Shown here: positions 9,003 through 19,087 of the stretch, piece after piece
Layout: every line of letters starts with the position of its first letter
Position numbering within the stretch: the stretch's first letter is position 1
From: a virus
Reading direction: 5' to 3' (one strand)
IMG/VR virus record: IMGVR_UViG_3300032268_001078
Span: 115,716 to 179,715 of that record
Length of the DNA stretch: 64,000 nt
Program-made: the position numbers and the translations under genes
The notes under the pieces: model-generated
What the model was told of the DNA's origin: nothing
The model's input: the letters and a program-made list of their open reading frames with translations, nothing else
The model's database searches: none

Positions 9003-10385
9003 TTATTTAATTCCAGCTAGTTTTTGCATTCTTGAAATTTGATCATCAGCTTTAATAATTGGTTGGCTTGCTGGGCGACCACCGATTACTTTACTAGCAA
9101 ATGATGTTTTATTTTCTGTTAAAGCTTTTTTGTTAGATGATTTTTTGATAGTTGTTTTCAAAATTTCATAAACATTTTTAGCTTCGTTTAATGATGTAGC
9201 TTTATCAAAAGAACTAACTACATTTACTTTTTGACCTTCAGTTAAACTGTTTGCTTTGAAAATACGATTAACGTAAATCAATTTAGCGTTTAATAAATTA
9301 ACTTCGTTTAATTGACCACGAAGAGTTCTGATGGTACGAATGGCTTCTTTCAATTCTTCTTCTTTAGATTCATCTACATCACCTTTCATCATTTTTTTCT
9401 TTTCCATCATAGCTTTGATTTTAGATTTCATAGCTTCTTTCATGTCATCTTCTTCTTCTTTAATTACTTTAGGTCCTTTATATTTACCTTTCATAGTAAT
9501 TGCAGCAAGATTCTTTTGAGGAGCTACTCCACCTGATGTTCCAGCTTTTTTAGCTTCGTCCATTTCTTTTGGTTCACCTTTGTAACCTTTACGTTGTTTC
9601 ATAGCTTCGTAAAGAGAATAAAGTTCTTCTAATTCTTCTTCTTCAGATTTTTTCTTTTTAGGTTTAGATTTAGATTTTTTGTCTTCTTCACCTTCTTCTT
9701 CACCTTCTTCTTCAGTTTCTTCACCTTCCATTTCACCACCTTCAGCGTCAAAGTTGAAATCCATGTTCATGTCTTCTTCACCTCCCATGTCTTCCATGCC
9801 TTCTTCACCACCTAAACCAGCAGCTTCAAGTTCAGCTCTGATGATTTTTTTAAGTTCATCAACTGTAACTTCACCAATTCCTTCACTTCCTGAAGCAGCT
9901 TCATTTTCCATGTCGAACATTTCGTTCATCATGTCTTCTTCTTCATTTACTTCTTCACCTTCTTTTTCAAGTTCACGTAAGATTTCTTCAAGATCAAAGT
10001 TTTCTTCCATTCCTTCTTCTTCGGAAAGTTCAGAATCCATTTCATACACAGAACCATCACCATCCATGTCTTCTTCTTCAAGAGCATTAAATAATTCTTC
10101 TAAGTCGATTTCTTCTTCAAGACTAGTGTTGTCATCAGGATCATAATCCATTCCTTCTTCTACTTCATTTTCTTCATTCATAGAAATTAGATCTAAATTA
10201 CGATCTGAATTGTAAATTTCTTCCATCTCATCTTTTTCATCATCTCTCATACGTTTTTCAAACATAGCTGAAATACGTGGTGCAAATGATTCTTCAAGAG
10301 AGGCTTTTGCATTGGCAACGGCAGCTTCACGTAGAGCTTTAGCGTCAGCAATGGCTTCTTCGAATAATTTTTTGTTATTTGACAT
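9003..10385 (-). CDS. gp22: Prohead core scaffold protein (T4 gp22-like), highly acidic
   Basis: Lies between protease and MCP. N-terminus EAIADAKALREAAVANAK, long Glu/Asp-rich tract, C-terminal LNEVNLLNAKLIYVN...RMQKLAGIK, many LxE sites. Confidence 0.8.
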   Translation of the reverse strand: MSNNKKLFEEAIADAKALREAAVANAKASLEESFAPRISAMFEKRMRDDEKDEMEEIYNSDRNLDLISMNEENEVEEGMDYDPDDNTSLEEEIDLEELFNALEEEDMDGDGSVYEMDSELSEEEGMEENFDLEEILRELEKEGEEVNEEEDMMNEMFDMENEAASGSEGIGEVTVDELKKIIRAELEAAGLGGEEGMEDMGGEEDMNMDFNFDAEGGEMEGEETEEEGEEEGEEDKKSKSKPKKKKSEEEELEELYSLYEAMKQRKGYKGEPKEMDEAKKAGTSGGVAPQKNLAAITMKGKYKGPKVIKEEEDDMKEAMKSKIKAMMEKKKMMKGDVDESKEEELKEAIRTIRTLRGQLNEVNLLNAKLIYVNRIFKANSLTEGQKVNVVSSFDKATSLNEAKNVYEILKTTIKKSSNKKALTENKTSFASKVIGGRPASQPIIKADDQISRMQKLAGIK

Positions 10386-10400
10386 TTAATTTTTTTGTTT

Positions 10401-10468
10401 TCGCACTGTCTATTAAAGAGACAATATAAGTATTTTTGTAATGTGCGACAGGATATTAGAGATCCTGT
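10401..10468 (-). promoter_or_regulatory. Structured 5' leader of the scaffold-MCP transcript (candidate cis-regulatory RNA)
   Basis: Stems CGCAC/GTGCG, TGTCT/AGACA and ACAGGAT/ATCCTGT lie between the ATATTTAT motif (10479-10486) and the ATG at 10385. Confidence 0.55.
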
Positions 10469-10526
10469 ATGGATATTCATAAATATGTATAAATACCCAA
10501 AAACATGCAACTATTATAAAAACTTT

Positions 10527-11159
10527 TTATCTTATACAACAAACTCCGGTTTGGCTACAAATAATATCTGTAACTAACGAATGGATTTTATTGTAAGGAT
10601 TAGTATTTGTATTATAATTATAATTTTTAGATTCATTTAATCCACCTACTGGTCTCATATAAGCACCATGTGTAGATGGCGTACTTACAAAATCCCAACA
10701 AACTAAATCAAAATCATCTTGTACTTCAACTGTGTTTTCATTCATGGGTGTTGTTGAACCCATTCCACGAGATGAAATACCTACTGTAATATTATTTAAA
10801 AATAAATGTTTTAAAATATTTCCTGAAGGAGTATCTAAAACTTCTATGCGACCAAATAAATCATCACCGTCCCACCATAATTTTTGAATATTATGACAAA
10901 CATTTTTAAGATTAATTACTGATGATTCAGGATGATCTAATTCTCCTAATGCTCTATTTTGAGCAATAGGTCCTTGAATGTATTTTGCAACTTCTCTTTC
11001 TAGAATTCCTTTAGGGTAAATACGGCCATTTTCATTTTTAGCATTAGCCCGTTGTACAATACCTTCTACAATTAAATTTTTAGAAGGATTCATCCTTGCC
11101 TCATGTAAATTTTGGGCAATAGGTTTAAAAGGAATATATTCTATTAAAATTTGAGACAT
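10527..11159 (-). CDS. gp21: Prohead protease (T4 gp21-like, S77)
   Basis: NENGRIYP, ALGELDHP, LDTPSG, GISSRGMGS, WDFVSTPS motifs. Confidence 0.95.
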   Translation of the reverse strand: MSQILIEYIPFKPIAQNLHEARMNPSKNLIVEGIVQRANAKNENGRIYPKGILEREVAKYIQGPIAQNRALGELDHPESSVINLKNVCHNIQKLWWDGDDLFGRIEVLDTPSGNILKHLFLNNITVGISSRGMGSTTPMNENTVEVQDDFDLVCWDFVSTPSTHGAYMRPVGGLNESKNYNYNTNTNPYNKIHSLVTDIICSQTGVCCIR

Positions 11160-12187
11160 TAAGGAACTTGTTTAAACTTATTTTGAAAGTCAGGATCTGC
11201 AGTGATTTTATCTCCAGGTTTAGCAGATATCATAGTATTTGGATCTTTTTTACTTTGATAAAGTATTTCTTTAATCATACCTTTAATAGCTTTTACATTT
11301 TCAGGAGTTAAACGAATAGTTCTTGAATCTTGAACTTGAACACCTTCATTGTTTTGAATGCGTCTTTTATTAGCATCATTAGTTTTACCAACATTGATAA
11401 TTGGTTCACCTTTTGCTTTTTTATCTGCTTGATATTTTTCCCAAGCTGCATCAACTTCTTTATCAGATGGTCTTTTTTTACCCATTTCACTCATTGGGTT
11501 TTTTGGATTAGCTTGAGCATGAGCTGCAACAGCCATGTTTCTTTTTTCTTTATCTGTTTTTCCTTTAAATTGAGGAGCTTTAGATTTTTCAAAATCACTA
11601 ACGTACTTACTTATTGGAGCATTTTTACGAATTCTTTCTCCTAATGAAGTATCAGGACCACTAAAATTTTCTTTTAATGCTACTTTTTTTTCTTTACCGG
11701 GCATAGCCATTACTTTAGCACCTCTTGCTTTTTTAGGTGTTTGAGTCATACTAGCTACTTTTCCAGGGTTATTAGGATTTTTAATTTTACTGTCTTTTTT
11801 AACATTTGCTTTAACATCCTTTTTAGCTACTTTCATTTCATTAGCTTTATCTTTAGTTAAAGTATCATCTTTAGGAGTTTTAACTTCAGCTTTAACAGCT
11901 TCAGCCGATTTAGCAGTGTTACGAGTACCTGGTTTTTTGCCTGATCCCCATTCTCCTACTAACTTTACAGAGTCAGCAGCTAAACGATTAGTATAATAAG
12001 CTGGATCTGCTTTAAGGTTTTTAATTACTTTAGCTTGTGCTTTTTTAATATTTTCTGGATTTATTTCCCCACCCATTGTGGTTAATTCATAATCCATTCC
12101 GCTGTCGAATTCATAGACATTTACACGGTCTATTTCTTTTTGTAACGGGTTTATATATTGGTCGAAGTATTGTTGGTTGACGCCCAT
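11159..12187 (-). CDS. Lys-rich putative head-internal protein
   Basis: GMDYEL...KNLKADPAYY and SDFEKSKAPQFKGKTDKEKRNMAVAA motifs, recalled from T4-like phage hypotheticals; lies in the head operon. Confidence 0.55.
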   Translation of the reverse strand: MGVNQQYFDQYINPLQKEIDRVNVYEFDSGMDYELTTMGGEINPENIKKAQAKVIKNLKADPAYYTNRLAADSVKLVGEWGSGKKPGTRNTAKSAEAVKAEVKTPKDDTLTKDKANEMKVAKKDVKANVKKDSKIKNPNNPGKVASMTQTPKKARGAKVMAMPGKEKKVALKENFSGPDTSLGERIRKNAPISKYVSDFEKSKAPQFKGKTDKEKRNMAVAAHAQANPKNPMSEMGKKRPSDKEVDAAWEKYQADKKAKGEPIINVGKTNDANKRRIQNNEGVQVQDSRTIRLTPENVKAIKGMIKEILYQSKKDPNTMISAKPGDKITADPDFQNKFKQVP

Positions 12188-12202
12188 GGTGATAAATATG
12201 TA

Positions 12203-12355
12203 TTATCCTTGTCCTATAGAAATTTTTTTATAATTTTTTGAACCTTTATTTTTAGACATTTTTGTTTTGGCATGAATACCTTTACGTTTGGTTTTTGTCT
12301 TTAATTTAAATATTCTAACAGGTCCACTGCTTTTTGCTTTAACTTTTGCTGCCAT
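12203..12355 (-). CDS. Small, very basic 50-aa protein (below ORF-track cutoff)
   Basis: MAAKVKAKSSGPVRIFKLKTKTKRKGIHAKTKMSKNKGSKNYKKISIGQG*; fills the gap between two genes. Confidence 0.7.
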   Translation of the reverse strand: MAAKVKAKSSGPVRIFKLKTKTKRKGIHAKTKMSKNKGSKNYKKISIGQG

Positions 12356-13064
12356 TTTTTATTTCTTTTATATTTTTATATAACGTTTTTAATTCATTCA
12401 TTAATTGATCTACTATACCTTCAGTTCGTTTATTGTATTGAACATTATTGGTTTCACTTAATTCTACTTTTAACTTACTTGTGTAATTAGCAATTTTGTT
12501 TACTTCTTGAAGTTTTCGTTTAATTTCTTTCATAGCAACATGCATTTGTGTAGAAGGTTTAACTACTTCAGTTTGTTTCTTAAATTGATTATAACGAGTT
12601 TCATTCAATGCTTTATTGATTATTTTATTGTAATCAGCCATTGAAAGAGTTTTACCAGTTTCACTTAATCTAATAGTATTCTCAGCCACATTGTGTAAAT
12701 CCATGTCAGTTTTCGCATCTTCTCGCGCGTATTCTAACAATCTAATAAATAATGGTACATCTACCACGATTTTATCGGGTTTGTTGGTAGCTTCCCACAA
12801 ATCTTTAGCGTCTATTCTATCAGATGGTTTAGCTTTAGTATAACCTATACCAGTATATGCTGTAATGTCTTTTGCTCCTGGAGTGTATGCTGAAGGAACA
12901 GATCCTTTTTTATTTTGTCCTTGATATGTTGGATTTGATTCTTTAATGGTTTTATTTCCATTATGTTGATACCCATTTCCTACAGAAAAACTAGCATTTT
13001 GTTCTTTTATTTGTTTTTGAACAAACTTACGAATTTTTTCTTGTAATTCGGTTTTAGTTCTCAT
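12339..13064 (-). CDS. Hypothetical head-associated protein
   Basis: DVPLFIRLLEYAREDAKTDMDLH motif; IKE, LWE and LNE sites between segments. Confidence 0.55.
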   Translation of the reverse strand: MRTKTELQEKIRKFVQKQIKEQNASFSVGNGYQHNGNKTIKESNPTYQGQNKKGSVPSAYTPGAKDITAYTGIGYTKAKPSDRIDAKDLWEATNKPDKIVVDVPLFIRLLEYAREDAKTDMDLHNVAENTIRLSETGKTLSMADYNKIINKALNETRYNQFKKQTEVVKPSTQMHVAMKEIKRKLQEVNKIANYTSKLKVELSETNNVQYNKRTEGIVDQLMNELKTLYKNIKEIKNGSKS

Positions 13065-13909
13065 GATACTTTTTTAATTTCACTTAATAATTCATAATAT
13101 TGAAGTAAGTTAATTAAATGTTCTTCTTTTGGATTTTCATTTTTAAGAACAGGTTTAATTAATTTAATAGATTCATTTAATTTAATTTGTGTAGCTAAAT
13201 CTGGTATTCTTTCAGTATAACTAGTCAAATTTAATTTTAAATAATTAAAGTGATTATTAATAATATTTTTTAATTTAATTGAATCATTAATATTATTAAT
13301 GTATTCTTTTAAAATAAGTTTTTGTTGTGAAGTAAAACTATTATAACGTTCATTGAATTTTTCAATTAGTATTTTATATGTAAGAATACGAATATCTGCT
13401 GATTCATTTAAAAATAATTTAATGTTTTCATTTTCTCCATTAATTATTTCTTTTTTAGTTAAATGTTCTAATAAAGTAATTTTATTATCAATAACTTGTT
13501 TTGGATCTGTATATGTTTTTGAACGGTAGTGTTCTAATAAAGTATAAACAGCAGCAGAGGTTTTATAATTAGAAATTTTATTTCTAAAGAAATTATCTAA
13601 ATCATAATGTCTTTTAATATCTTTAACTAAATTATATTTTTCTTCATTTATTTTTTTAGTATTTATTTTGATAGCAGATTCTGCTAGAGTTTGAATAATG
13701 GTTTCAGCTTTAGAATCAGTTAGTTTTTCACTGTTATTTACTAAATTATAAAGACGTTGTTCTTTAGCTAATTCAGAATTAGTAAAGTGTTTTTTCATTA
13801 TTTTTACAGCAGGTGAATCACCTTTAGTCAACACATCATTAGTTACTTGGCGTACTAACAGCTCAAATATAATACCAGTGTTCTTTACCTTTGAATGTTT
13901 TATTAACAT
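13061..13909 (-). CDS. Conserved hypothetical protein downstream of portal (positional equivalent of prohead core genes)
   Basis: KHSKVKNTGIIFELLVRQ N-terminus; own ATATTTAT motif upstream. Confidence 0.55.
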   Translation of the reverse strand: MLIKHSKVKNTGIIFELLVRQVTNDVLTKGDSPAVKIMKKHFTNSELAKEQRLYNLVNNSEKLTDSKAETIIQTLAESAIKINTKKINEEKYNLVKDIKRHYDLDNFFRNKISNYKTSAAVYTLLEHYRSKTYTDPKQVIDNKITLLEHLTKKEIINGENENIKLFLNESADIRILTYKILIEKFNERYNSFTSQQKLILKEYINNINDSIKLKNIINNHFNYLKLNLTSYTERIPDLATQIKLNESIKLIKPVLKNENPKEEHLINLLQYYELLSEIKKVS

Positions 13910-13935
13910 GTTAAATCTAATAATAAATATGTATA

Positions 13936-15900
13936 TTAACTAGGAGACATAATGTTGTTTTCACTTAACAAACCATCATCGTCTTTTGATTCAAATAAGT
14001 TTATTTTTCTCATTCCACTTAAACCACTCAACATATTTTTATTTTGAAGATAAACAGTTTGGGTACTTTCTAATGCTAAAGGTGAACCACCTTTATATTG
14101 TGTTTTTCCAAGTTTATTTTCACCTTCTTCTGGAGCTGAGTATTCTTTGCGGCCTAAGCGATCTTTCCCAAATGGACTATCTTGAGTATCAATAACACTA
14201 GATTTCTTTTCAGGTCTACCAGGTAACCTAACTTTATTAGGTTGATTTTCATCATATCCTGTTGGTACTTGTTCTGGTGCTTTTGGAGGTCCTGTATAGC
14301 GACCTGGTCCATATATTGTTGCTAATATATGAGGTGTACCATATGCTTGTCCTGTTTCTGCTGGATCGTTTCCTTCTTCTTCTACTTGTTTTAATCTAAA
14401 TAAGCGTTTTTTATCTTCAATTACTAAATCTCTCATTTCATCTACTTCATCTTCACTAAAATGAAATACATTATCATAAATCCAATCACTAGGCATTAAG
14501 CCAGATTCTTGAACTGATTTAGCTAAGTCAACTTTTTCTTTCCATAATGCAACTCTTTCTTGATCATAGATAATACTTGGTGTAGTTAATGAAAGTTCAA
14601 AATTTGCTAATGCTTCTCCATCGTATCCTTGAACATATAAATGAACCAACGCAATTTTTGTAAGTTCACTTACTAATATTCGTTGTAAACGTTCTACTGT
14701 ACGAGCAAATCTAATGTCTTCAGCAGCTAATGTAGCTTTACCGGTTAAATCTTTTTCATAACCCATAAATGCTTTAGGAACTTTAAGAGCGGCAAATAAT
14801 TTGTCTCTTAAATATTCTACATCTGTAATACCATCATAGTTTAATCCAGGAACATTATCAATTCTAGTAGTTGTATCATTACCACGAACTGGAATATAAT
14901 AATCTTCCATCATATTTTGAACATTATATTTTAAATTATATTGGCCTGTTTGGTTATCCACAAATGGAGTTTTTTTCAATTTACTAACCATTTGTTGCAT
15001 ATAATTGTCTACTTCTGCTGGAGGAATAGCACCAATATTAATATAAAATAATCTTCTGTCTGGAGCGCGAGTAATTCTATGAATTAACATAGCATCTTCC
15101 ATCAACATATATTGTTTAAATAATTTACGAGCAGGCTCTAAATAACTTCTACCATAAGGTAAATAGTTAACATCACTTAATAATCTAAAGTGAGCCATTT
15201 CATAATTTTCAAAATAAATTCCTTCTTCTACATCTTTATTTCCATAACTAGCCCAACCTGCTGCACTAGAAGCACCAGATCCAGCTGCTGGATCATATTT
15301 AAATCTAACATAAGATGGATTGTCTAATTTAATACCTTCTTCTCTTAAAATATTAAAACTACTAAATGGAATAACATTATAAACACCAAATTTTTCAGCA
15401 ATTTCTAATTTTAAATAAAAATCACCGTATTTAAACATGTTTCTAGCCCATGACCATAAATTAAATTCAACATTCAATACATCATAAAACAAGTTATAAA
15501 GAATTTTTTGAATATTTTCATCACTAGAACGAATATGAAGCATTTCTCCACTTTCATTTCGTAAAGTACACTCATCTGCTAAAATATCTAATGCTGATGC
15601 TACAATAGCATCACTATCCATTGCTTCATAATCAGAATATAATTGAGGTCTGATTGAAGGATAATTAATAGCGGTTTGACCAGCATATGCTGCTACTCCT
15701 GATGTGGTGTAAATTCTATTGAATCTATCTACTACAGAGTTAGTTTGAAGTACCCCCTGAGATTGGATTCTATCAGTATCAATTACTTTTAGTTGATCTC
15801 CTCCTACATTTCGTATTACTACGTCTGCTGAGAATAATTTCTTTAATCTTCCAAATATACCTGTGGTAGGTGTTTGTGGATTTATTTGTTGTTCTGCCAT
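13936..15900 (-). CDS. gp20: Portal protein (T4 gp20-like)
   Basis: GRSYLEPARK, LMEDAMLIHRITRAPDRRLFYINIG, MMEDYYIPVRG, YLRDKLFAALKVPK. Confidence 0.95.
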   Translation of the reverse strand: MAEQQINPQTPTTGIFGRLKKLFSADVVIRNVGGDQLKVIDTDRIQSQGVLQTNSVVDRFNRIYTTSGVAAYAGQTAINYPSIRPQLYSDYEAMDSDAIVASALDILADECTLRNESGEMLHIRSSDENIQKILYNLFYDVLNVEFNLWSWARNMFKYGDFYLKLEIAEKFGVYNVIPFSSFNILREEGIKLDNPSYVRFKYDPAAGSGASSAAGWASYGNKDVEEGIYFENYEMAHFRLLSDVNYLPYGRSYLEPARKLFKQYMLMEDAMLIHRITRAPDRRLFYINIGAIPPAEVDNYMQQMVSKLKKTPFVDNQTGQYNLKYNVQNMMEDYYIPVRGNDTTTRIDNVPGLNYDGITDVEYLRDKLFAALKVPKAFMGYEKDLTGKATLAAEDIRFARTVERLQRILVSELTKIALVHLYVQGYDGEALANFELSLTTPSIIYDQERVALWKEKVDLAKSVQESGLMPSDWIYDNVFHFSEDEVDEMRDLVIEDKKRLFRLKQVEEEGNDPAETGQAYGTPHILATIYGPGRYTGPPKAPEQVPTGYDENQPNKVRLPGRPEKKSSVIDTQDSPFGKDRLGRKEYSAPEEGENKLGKTQYKGGSPLALESTQTVYLQNKNMLSGLSGMRKINLFESKDDDGLLSENNIMSPS

Positions 15901-15907
15901 TGTTTTG

Positions 15908-17512
15908 TTATAATAACCATGTTAAATCTACAATATTACCTTGGGCATCTTGCATTTTAAATGGATTTTGGTTGTTAGTGTAATTTGTATTATACATTGC
16001 TGGCATATGTAAGGCTGTTGATTTTCCTATTCCTTGAATTGCCATTTTTGTTAACTCATCTCCAGTTTGTTTATATTTTAAACTTGTGTCTCTTAAAAAC
16101 ATTCCTATTCCTAAAGCCATAACTAAGTCATCATTATATCCGTCTTGTGCTTGTGCTTTACCATGTTTCCACACAAAAGTCCTTAATTCTTCCAATGTTC
16201 TTTTTGATTGAATAGTTACTGATTTTTCATGAATATAAGAAATCATTTTAGCAATGACCAGTGGTCTAGTACGAAGAGATGTAGTAAATCCTGGAACCAT
16301 TCCTTCACCTGACTGGTATTTGTTAAGATACAATTCAACATTTACTAATGCTGCATCTTGTCTTGGTGAATAATATAGATTTGGATATTGTCTTTCAATA
16401 ACTGTTTGAACTACATCCCAACCTACGTTAGCATTTTCAACTACTAATAAAGCATTATTATATTCTGTAGCAATACCAACTAAAAAATGACCATAGTCAC
16501 GAGTTCCAATTTGTCCTTTATATTCTCCAACTTGAGTATTGGTTTCTATGTCAAAAATATGGAAAGCACTGTAATCTTTTCCGTCTCCTCTTGCACAATC
16601 TGCAATAACTGCGTATTGTTTTGAATAATCTGGACGTTCAAATATCCAAAGATTACCATCCATCCCACGTTTTTCTACAGGTTCTTTAACATTTGTTTCA
16701 ATATACCAATTAAGAACCGAAGGATCAATAGCAGTATCACCGGAAGTTGTAAAATCACAATCACATTCTTGTGCTGCCATTCTTGGTCCTAAATCAACAT
16801 CTTGTTGATCTCTCCACGATTGATTGCGTTCAGGATGTACAGTCCAAGGTAATCTTATTGGTAAGAAACTAGTTTGACCTTCTTCTGCTTTAACCCAAGT
16901 TCTATGAAACCAGTTTCCTGTACCATATGGAGTAGACATTGCAATACATCCACCACCTGTTGCTAAGGTTTGTTGAGCTGAAACGAATACTTCTTCGATA
17001 TTATCAATAAACGCAGCCTCGTCAATCAACAACAATGATACGGCTTCTGAACGTGCACTATCACCAGCTGCTGAAACGGCTTTCATTTGAGATCCATTTG
17101 CTAATCGAATACTGAGTTTGTTGTTTTCAATTGTTTTAATTTGCATCCAACTAGGTAAGTTATCATAACCAAATTTTACTTTAGTTACCATATTTTTAGC
17201 TGTTTCAGTTTTAGTCGCAATACATAACACGTTTTTATCTGTGTTAAATAACATTAACCACAAACTGTAACCCGATGCTAAAGTACTAATACCTAATTGA
17301 CGAGATTTATTAATAATACAAAATGGATTTTTTAAATATAATTTTAATACTGCTTCTTGAAAAGGATAAAGTTGAAATCTTACTCTACCTCTTGTAGGAT
17401 GTTGAATCATATAATACTTCTTCATGAAGTAAATAGGATCCTGCTTACATCTAATAAGTTCTTGTTGAATTGCTTCTTTTATGGAAGGTTGTATTATTTG
17501 CTTATCTTCCAT
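15908..17512 (-). CDS. gp17: Terminase large subunit (T4 gp17-like)
   Basis: KSRQLGIST Walker A variant, LLLIDEAAFI Walker B, STPYG, nuclease domain with DDLVMAL. Confidence 0.95.
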   Translation of the reverse strand: MEDKQIIQPSIKEAIQQELIRCKQDPIYFMKKYYMIQHPTRGRVRFQLYPFQEAVLKLYLKNPFCIINKSRQLGISTLASGYSLWLMLFNTDKNVLCIATKTETAKNMVTKVKFGYDNLPSWMQIKTIENNKLSIRLANGSQMKAVSAAGDSARSEAVSLLLIDEAAFIDNIEEVFVSAQQTLATGGGCIAMSTPYGTGNWFHRTWVKAEEGQTSFLPIRLPWTVHPERNQSWRDQQDVDLGPRMAAQECDCDFTTSGDTAIDPSVLNWYIETNVKEPVEKRGMDGNLWIFERPDYSKQYAVIADCARGDGKDYSAFHIFDIETNTQVGEYKGQIGTRDYGHFLVGIATEYNNALLVVENANVGWDVVQTVIERQYPNLYYSPRQDAALVNVELYLNKYQSGEGMVPGFTTSLRTRPLVIAKMISYIHEKSVTIQSKRTLEELRTFVWKHGKAQAQDGYNDDLVMALGIGMFLRDTSLKYKQTGDELTKMAIQGIGKSTALHMPAMYNTNYTNNQNPFKMQDAQGNIVDLTWLL

Positions 17513-18072
17513 GATACTCCTCCTAAGAATCCCATACCACTTGTTGAATTTGCTCCAACTCCAAAGTGAAATACTGTATTCTTTTTATTTTCATAGCTAA
17601 GAGTTCCATAACCTCCAATATTAGTTATGTCTACTAAAAATCCTCCATAAAGTTTACGTTGAGCTACTTCATAATGATTGATTGTTTTTTCTATTGTAGT
17701 TGTTATTTTAGGTATTCTATAATTTTTAGTATGTTGTCTAGCAGCTAATTTATTTTTAGTAATAGTATCTCTAATAGCTATATAACCTAAACTATCCATT
17801 CTAATTGTATCAAAATAAATCAACTTAGCAAAGTAGTCCGCCAATATTTTGGCGGTATCTACATGCTCTATAATTGGAGGTCCTGGAATATAAATTATTT
17901 CACCAGGAATATAAACTGGACTTACAATATTTGTTGTATCCCAAGTTGTATCGTGAGTAACTTGTATAAATGTATCTGATTTTGGGGCACCATTTGTACA
18001 GTATTTAGGGCCTATTAAAGCTAAAACAATTCCTAGTATTATAAGTAGTACTATTTGAATTTTCTTACCCAT
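17494..18072 (-). CDS. Membrane-anchored protein (possible spanin/lysis accessory, unproven)
   Basis: N-terminal hydrophobic segment IQIVLLIILGIVLALIG followed by KYC; DT-rich strands; beta-rich C-terminus. Confidence 0.45.
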   Translation of the reverse strand: MGKKIQIVLLIILGIVLALIGPKYCTNGAPKSDTFIQVTHDTTWDTTNIVSPVYIPGEIIYIPGPPIIEHVDTAKILADYFAKLIYFDTIRMDSLGYIAIRDTITKNKLAARQHTKNYRIPKITTTIEKTINHYEVAQRKLYGGFLVDITNIGGYGTLSYENKKNTVFHFGVGANSTSGMGFLGGVSWKISK

Positions 18073-18250
18073 TTTTATTTCCTCCTACTGCCCATTTAAT
18101 TCTGTCTACTTCTTTTTGATCAGGTTTAATCTTTTCTTTAATAAGAGGTTTTTTCTGATTTTCAAAACGTGCTTGTGTTGTTCCGTCAAACTTCTTTAGT
18201 AAGTTTTTGAAGTCATTCTCATCTAAAGGATTTACATTAAAATTACTCAT
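18065..18250 (-). CDS. Hypothetical protein (start reassigned to ATG 18250)
   Basis: ATG lies 15 nt downstream of an ATATTTAT motif (18265-18272). Confidence 0.5.
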   Translation of the reverse strand: MSNFNVNPLDENDFKNLLKKFDGTTQARFENQKKPLIKEKIKPDQKEVDRIKWAVGGNKNG

Positions 18251-18261
18251 AGTATATTTTA

Positions 18262-18783
18262 TCAATAAATATGAGGAAGAATCAAGTCTATACGTTCTTG
18301 TGTTGTACCACTTATCGTAATAAGTTTTTTAGGTGGATATCTTTCTAATAACTGTTTTATTTGATAATCAACTTGATCTCTGTAGTCACTGTTAGTTTCT
18401 CTAATACCATTACTTTCAATTTCTACACCTTTAGGATCAACATAAATCACAAGATCATATTCATTTTTCAATTGCATTGCTGCTTTTTCAAAATGATATT
18501 TTTGATTATCGTCAATACTTTTAGCTAAAGCTGTAAATGCACAAACATCATAAATAGTTCTATCTGTAATAAGATTAATTTGCATTAATTCAGCACTTCT
18601 TTCTGCTAAAAATATAAATTGTCCTTTTAAAGTTGAATCTGTATTTAAAGGAATGCCTAAACTTTGTAAATATTGACTTCTTTCAGTTGCTTTATGATAG
18701 TTATTAAAATGATAATCTTGACATAACGCATTTACTAGAGTTGTTTTACCAACACTCATTGTACCACAGAGACCAATTTTCAT
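18262..18783 (-). CDS. P-loop ATPase/kinase, AAA_28 / NadR-kinase-like
   Basis: MKIGLCGTMSVGKTTL Walker A; ITDRTIYD motif. Confidence 0.75.
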   Translation of the reverse strand: MKIGLCGTMSVGKTTLVNALCQDYHFNNYHKATERSQYLQSLGIPLNTDSTLKGQFIFLAERSAELMQINLITDRTIYDVCAFTALAKSIDDNQKYHFEKAAMQLKNEYDLVIYVDPKGVEIESNGIRETNSDYRDQVDYQIKQLLERYPPKKLITISGTTQERIDLILPHIY

Positions 18784-18819
18784 ATATATAATATAATAAA
18801 TTTTTAATTAAAAACCAAA

Positions 18820-19056
18820 TTACATTGATTGTTCATATCTTGGATCTTTAGACGGAGGTATTCCATTAAAATCTCTTTTAGTTTCTAACCATTCTTCTCT
18901 GGTCATTTGTTGACCAAAAATATAATACTCATCTTTACTTGATTTATCTTTGTAAATAACAGCGGGTGAATCCCAATTGTGTAGTACTCTGCGATCATCA
19001 TTGTTAAACCAATGAATAATTTTACCACATGTTGTTTTTGTTTTTATTGTTTGCAT
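18820..19056 (-). CDS. Small hypothetical protein with LHxxDxPAV motif (start reassigned to ATG 19056)
   Basis: VLHNWDSPAVI...EYYIFG; the longer ORF-track start overlaps the endonuclease gene. Confidence 0.6.
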   Translation of the reverse strand: MQTIKTKTTCGKIIHWFNNDDRRVLHNWDSPAVIYKDKSSKDEYYIFGQQMTREEWLETKRDFNGIPPSKDPRYEQSM

Positions 19057-19087
19057 TTTATAACTTATTTTTATAATATAATGTTTT

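Noticed and set aside
9312-10146. Plus-strand ORFs 9312-9536, 9331-9519 and 9679-10146 (Ser/Phe-rich)
   Set aside because: Antisense shadows of the GAA-rich scaffold gene.
7287-17512. Introns or inteins in MCP, portal or terminase
   Set aside because: Lengths and motif order are continuous, with no intein C-terminal HN/C signature or interrupting ORF.
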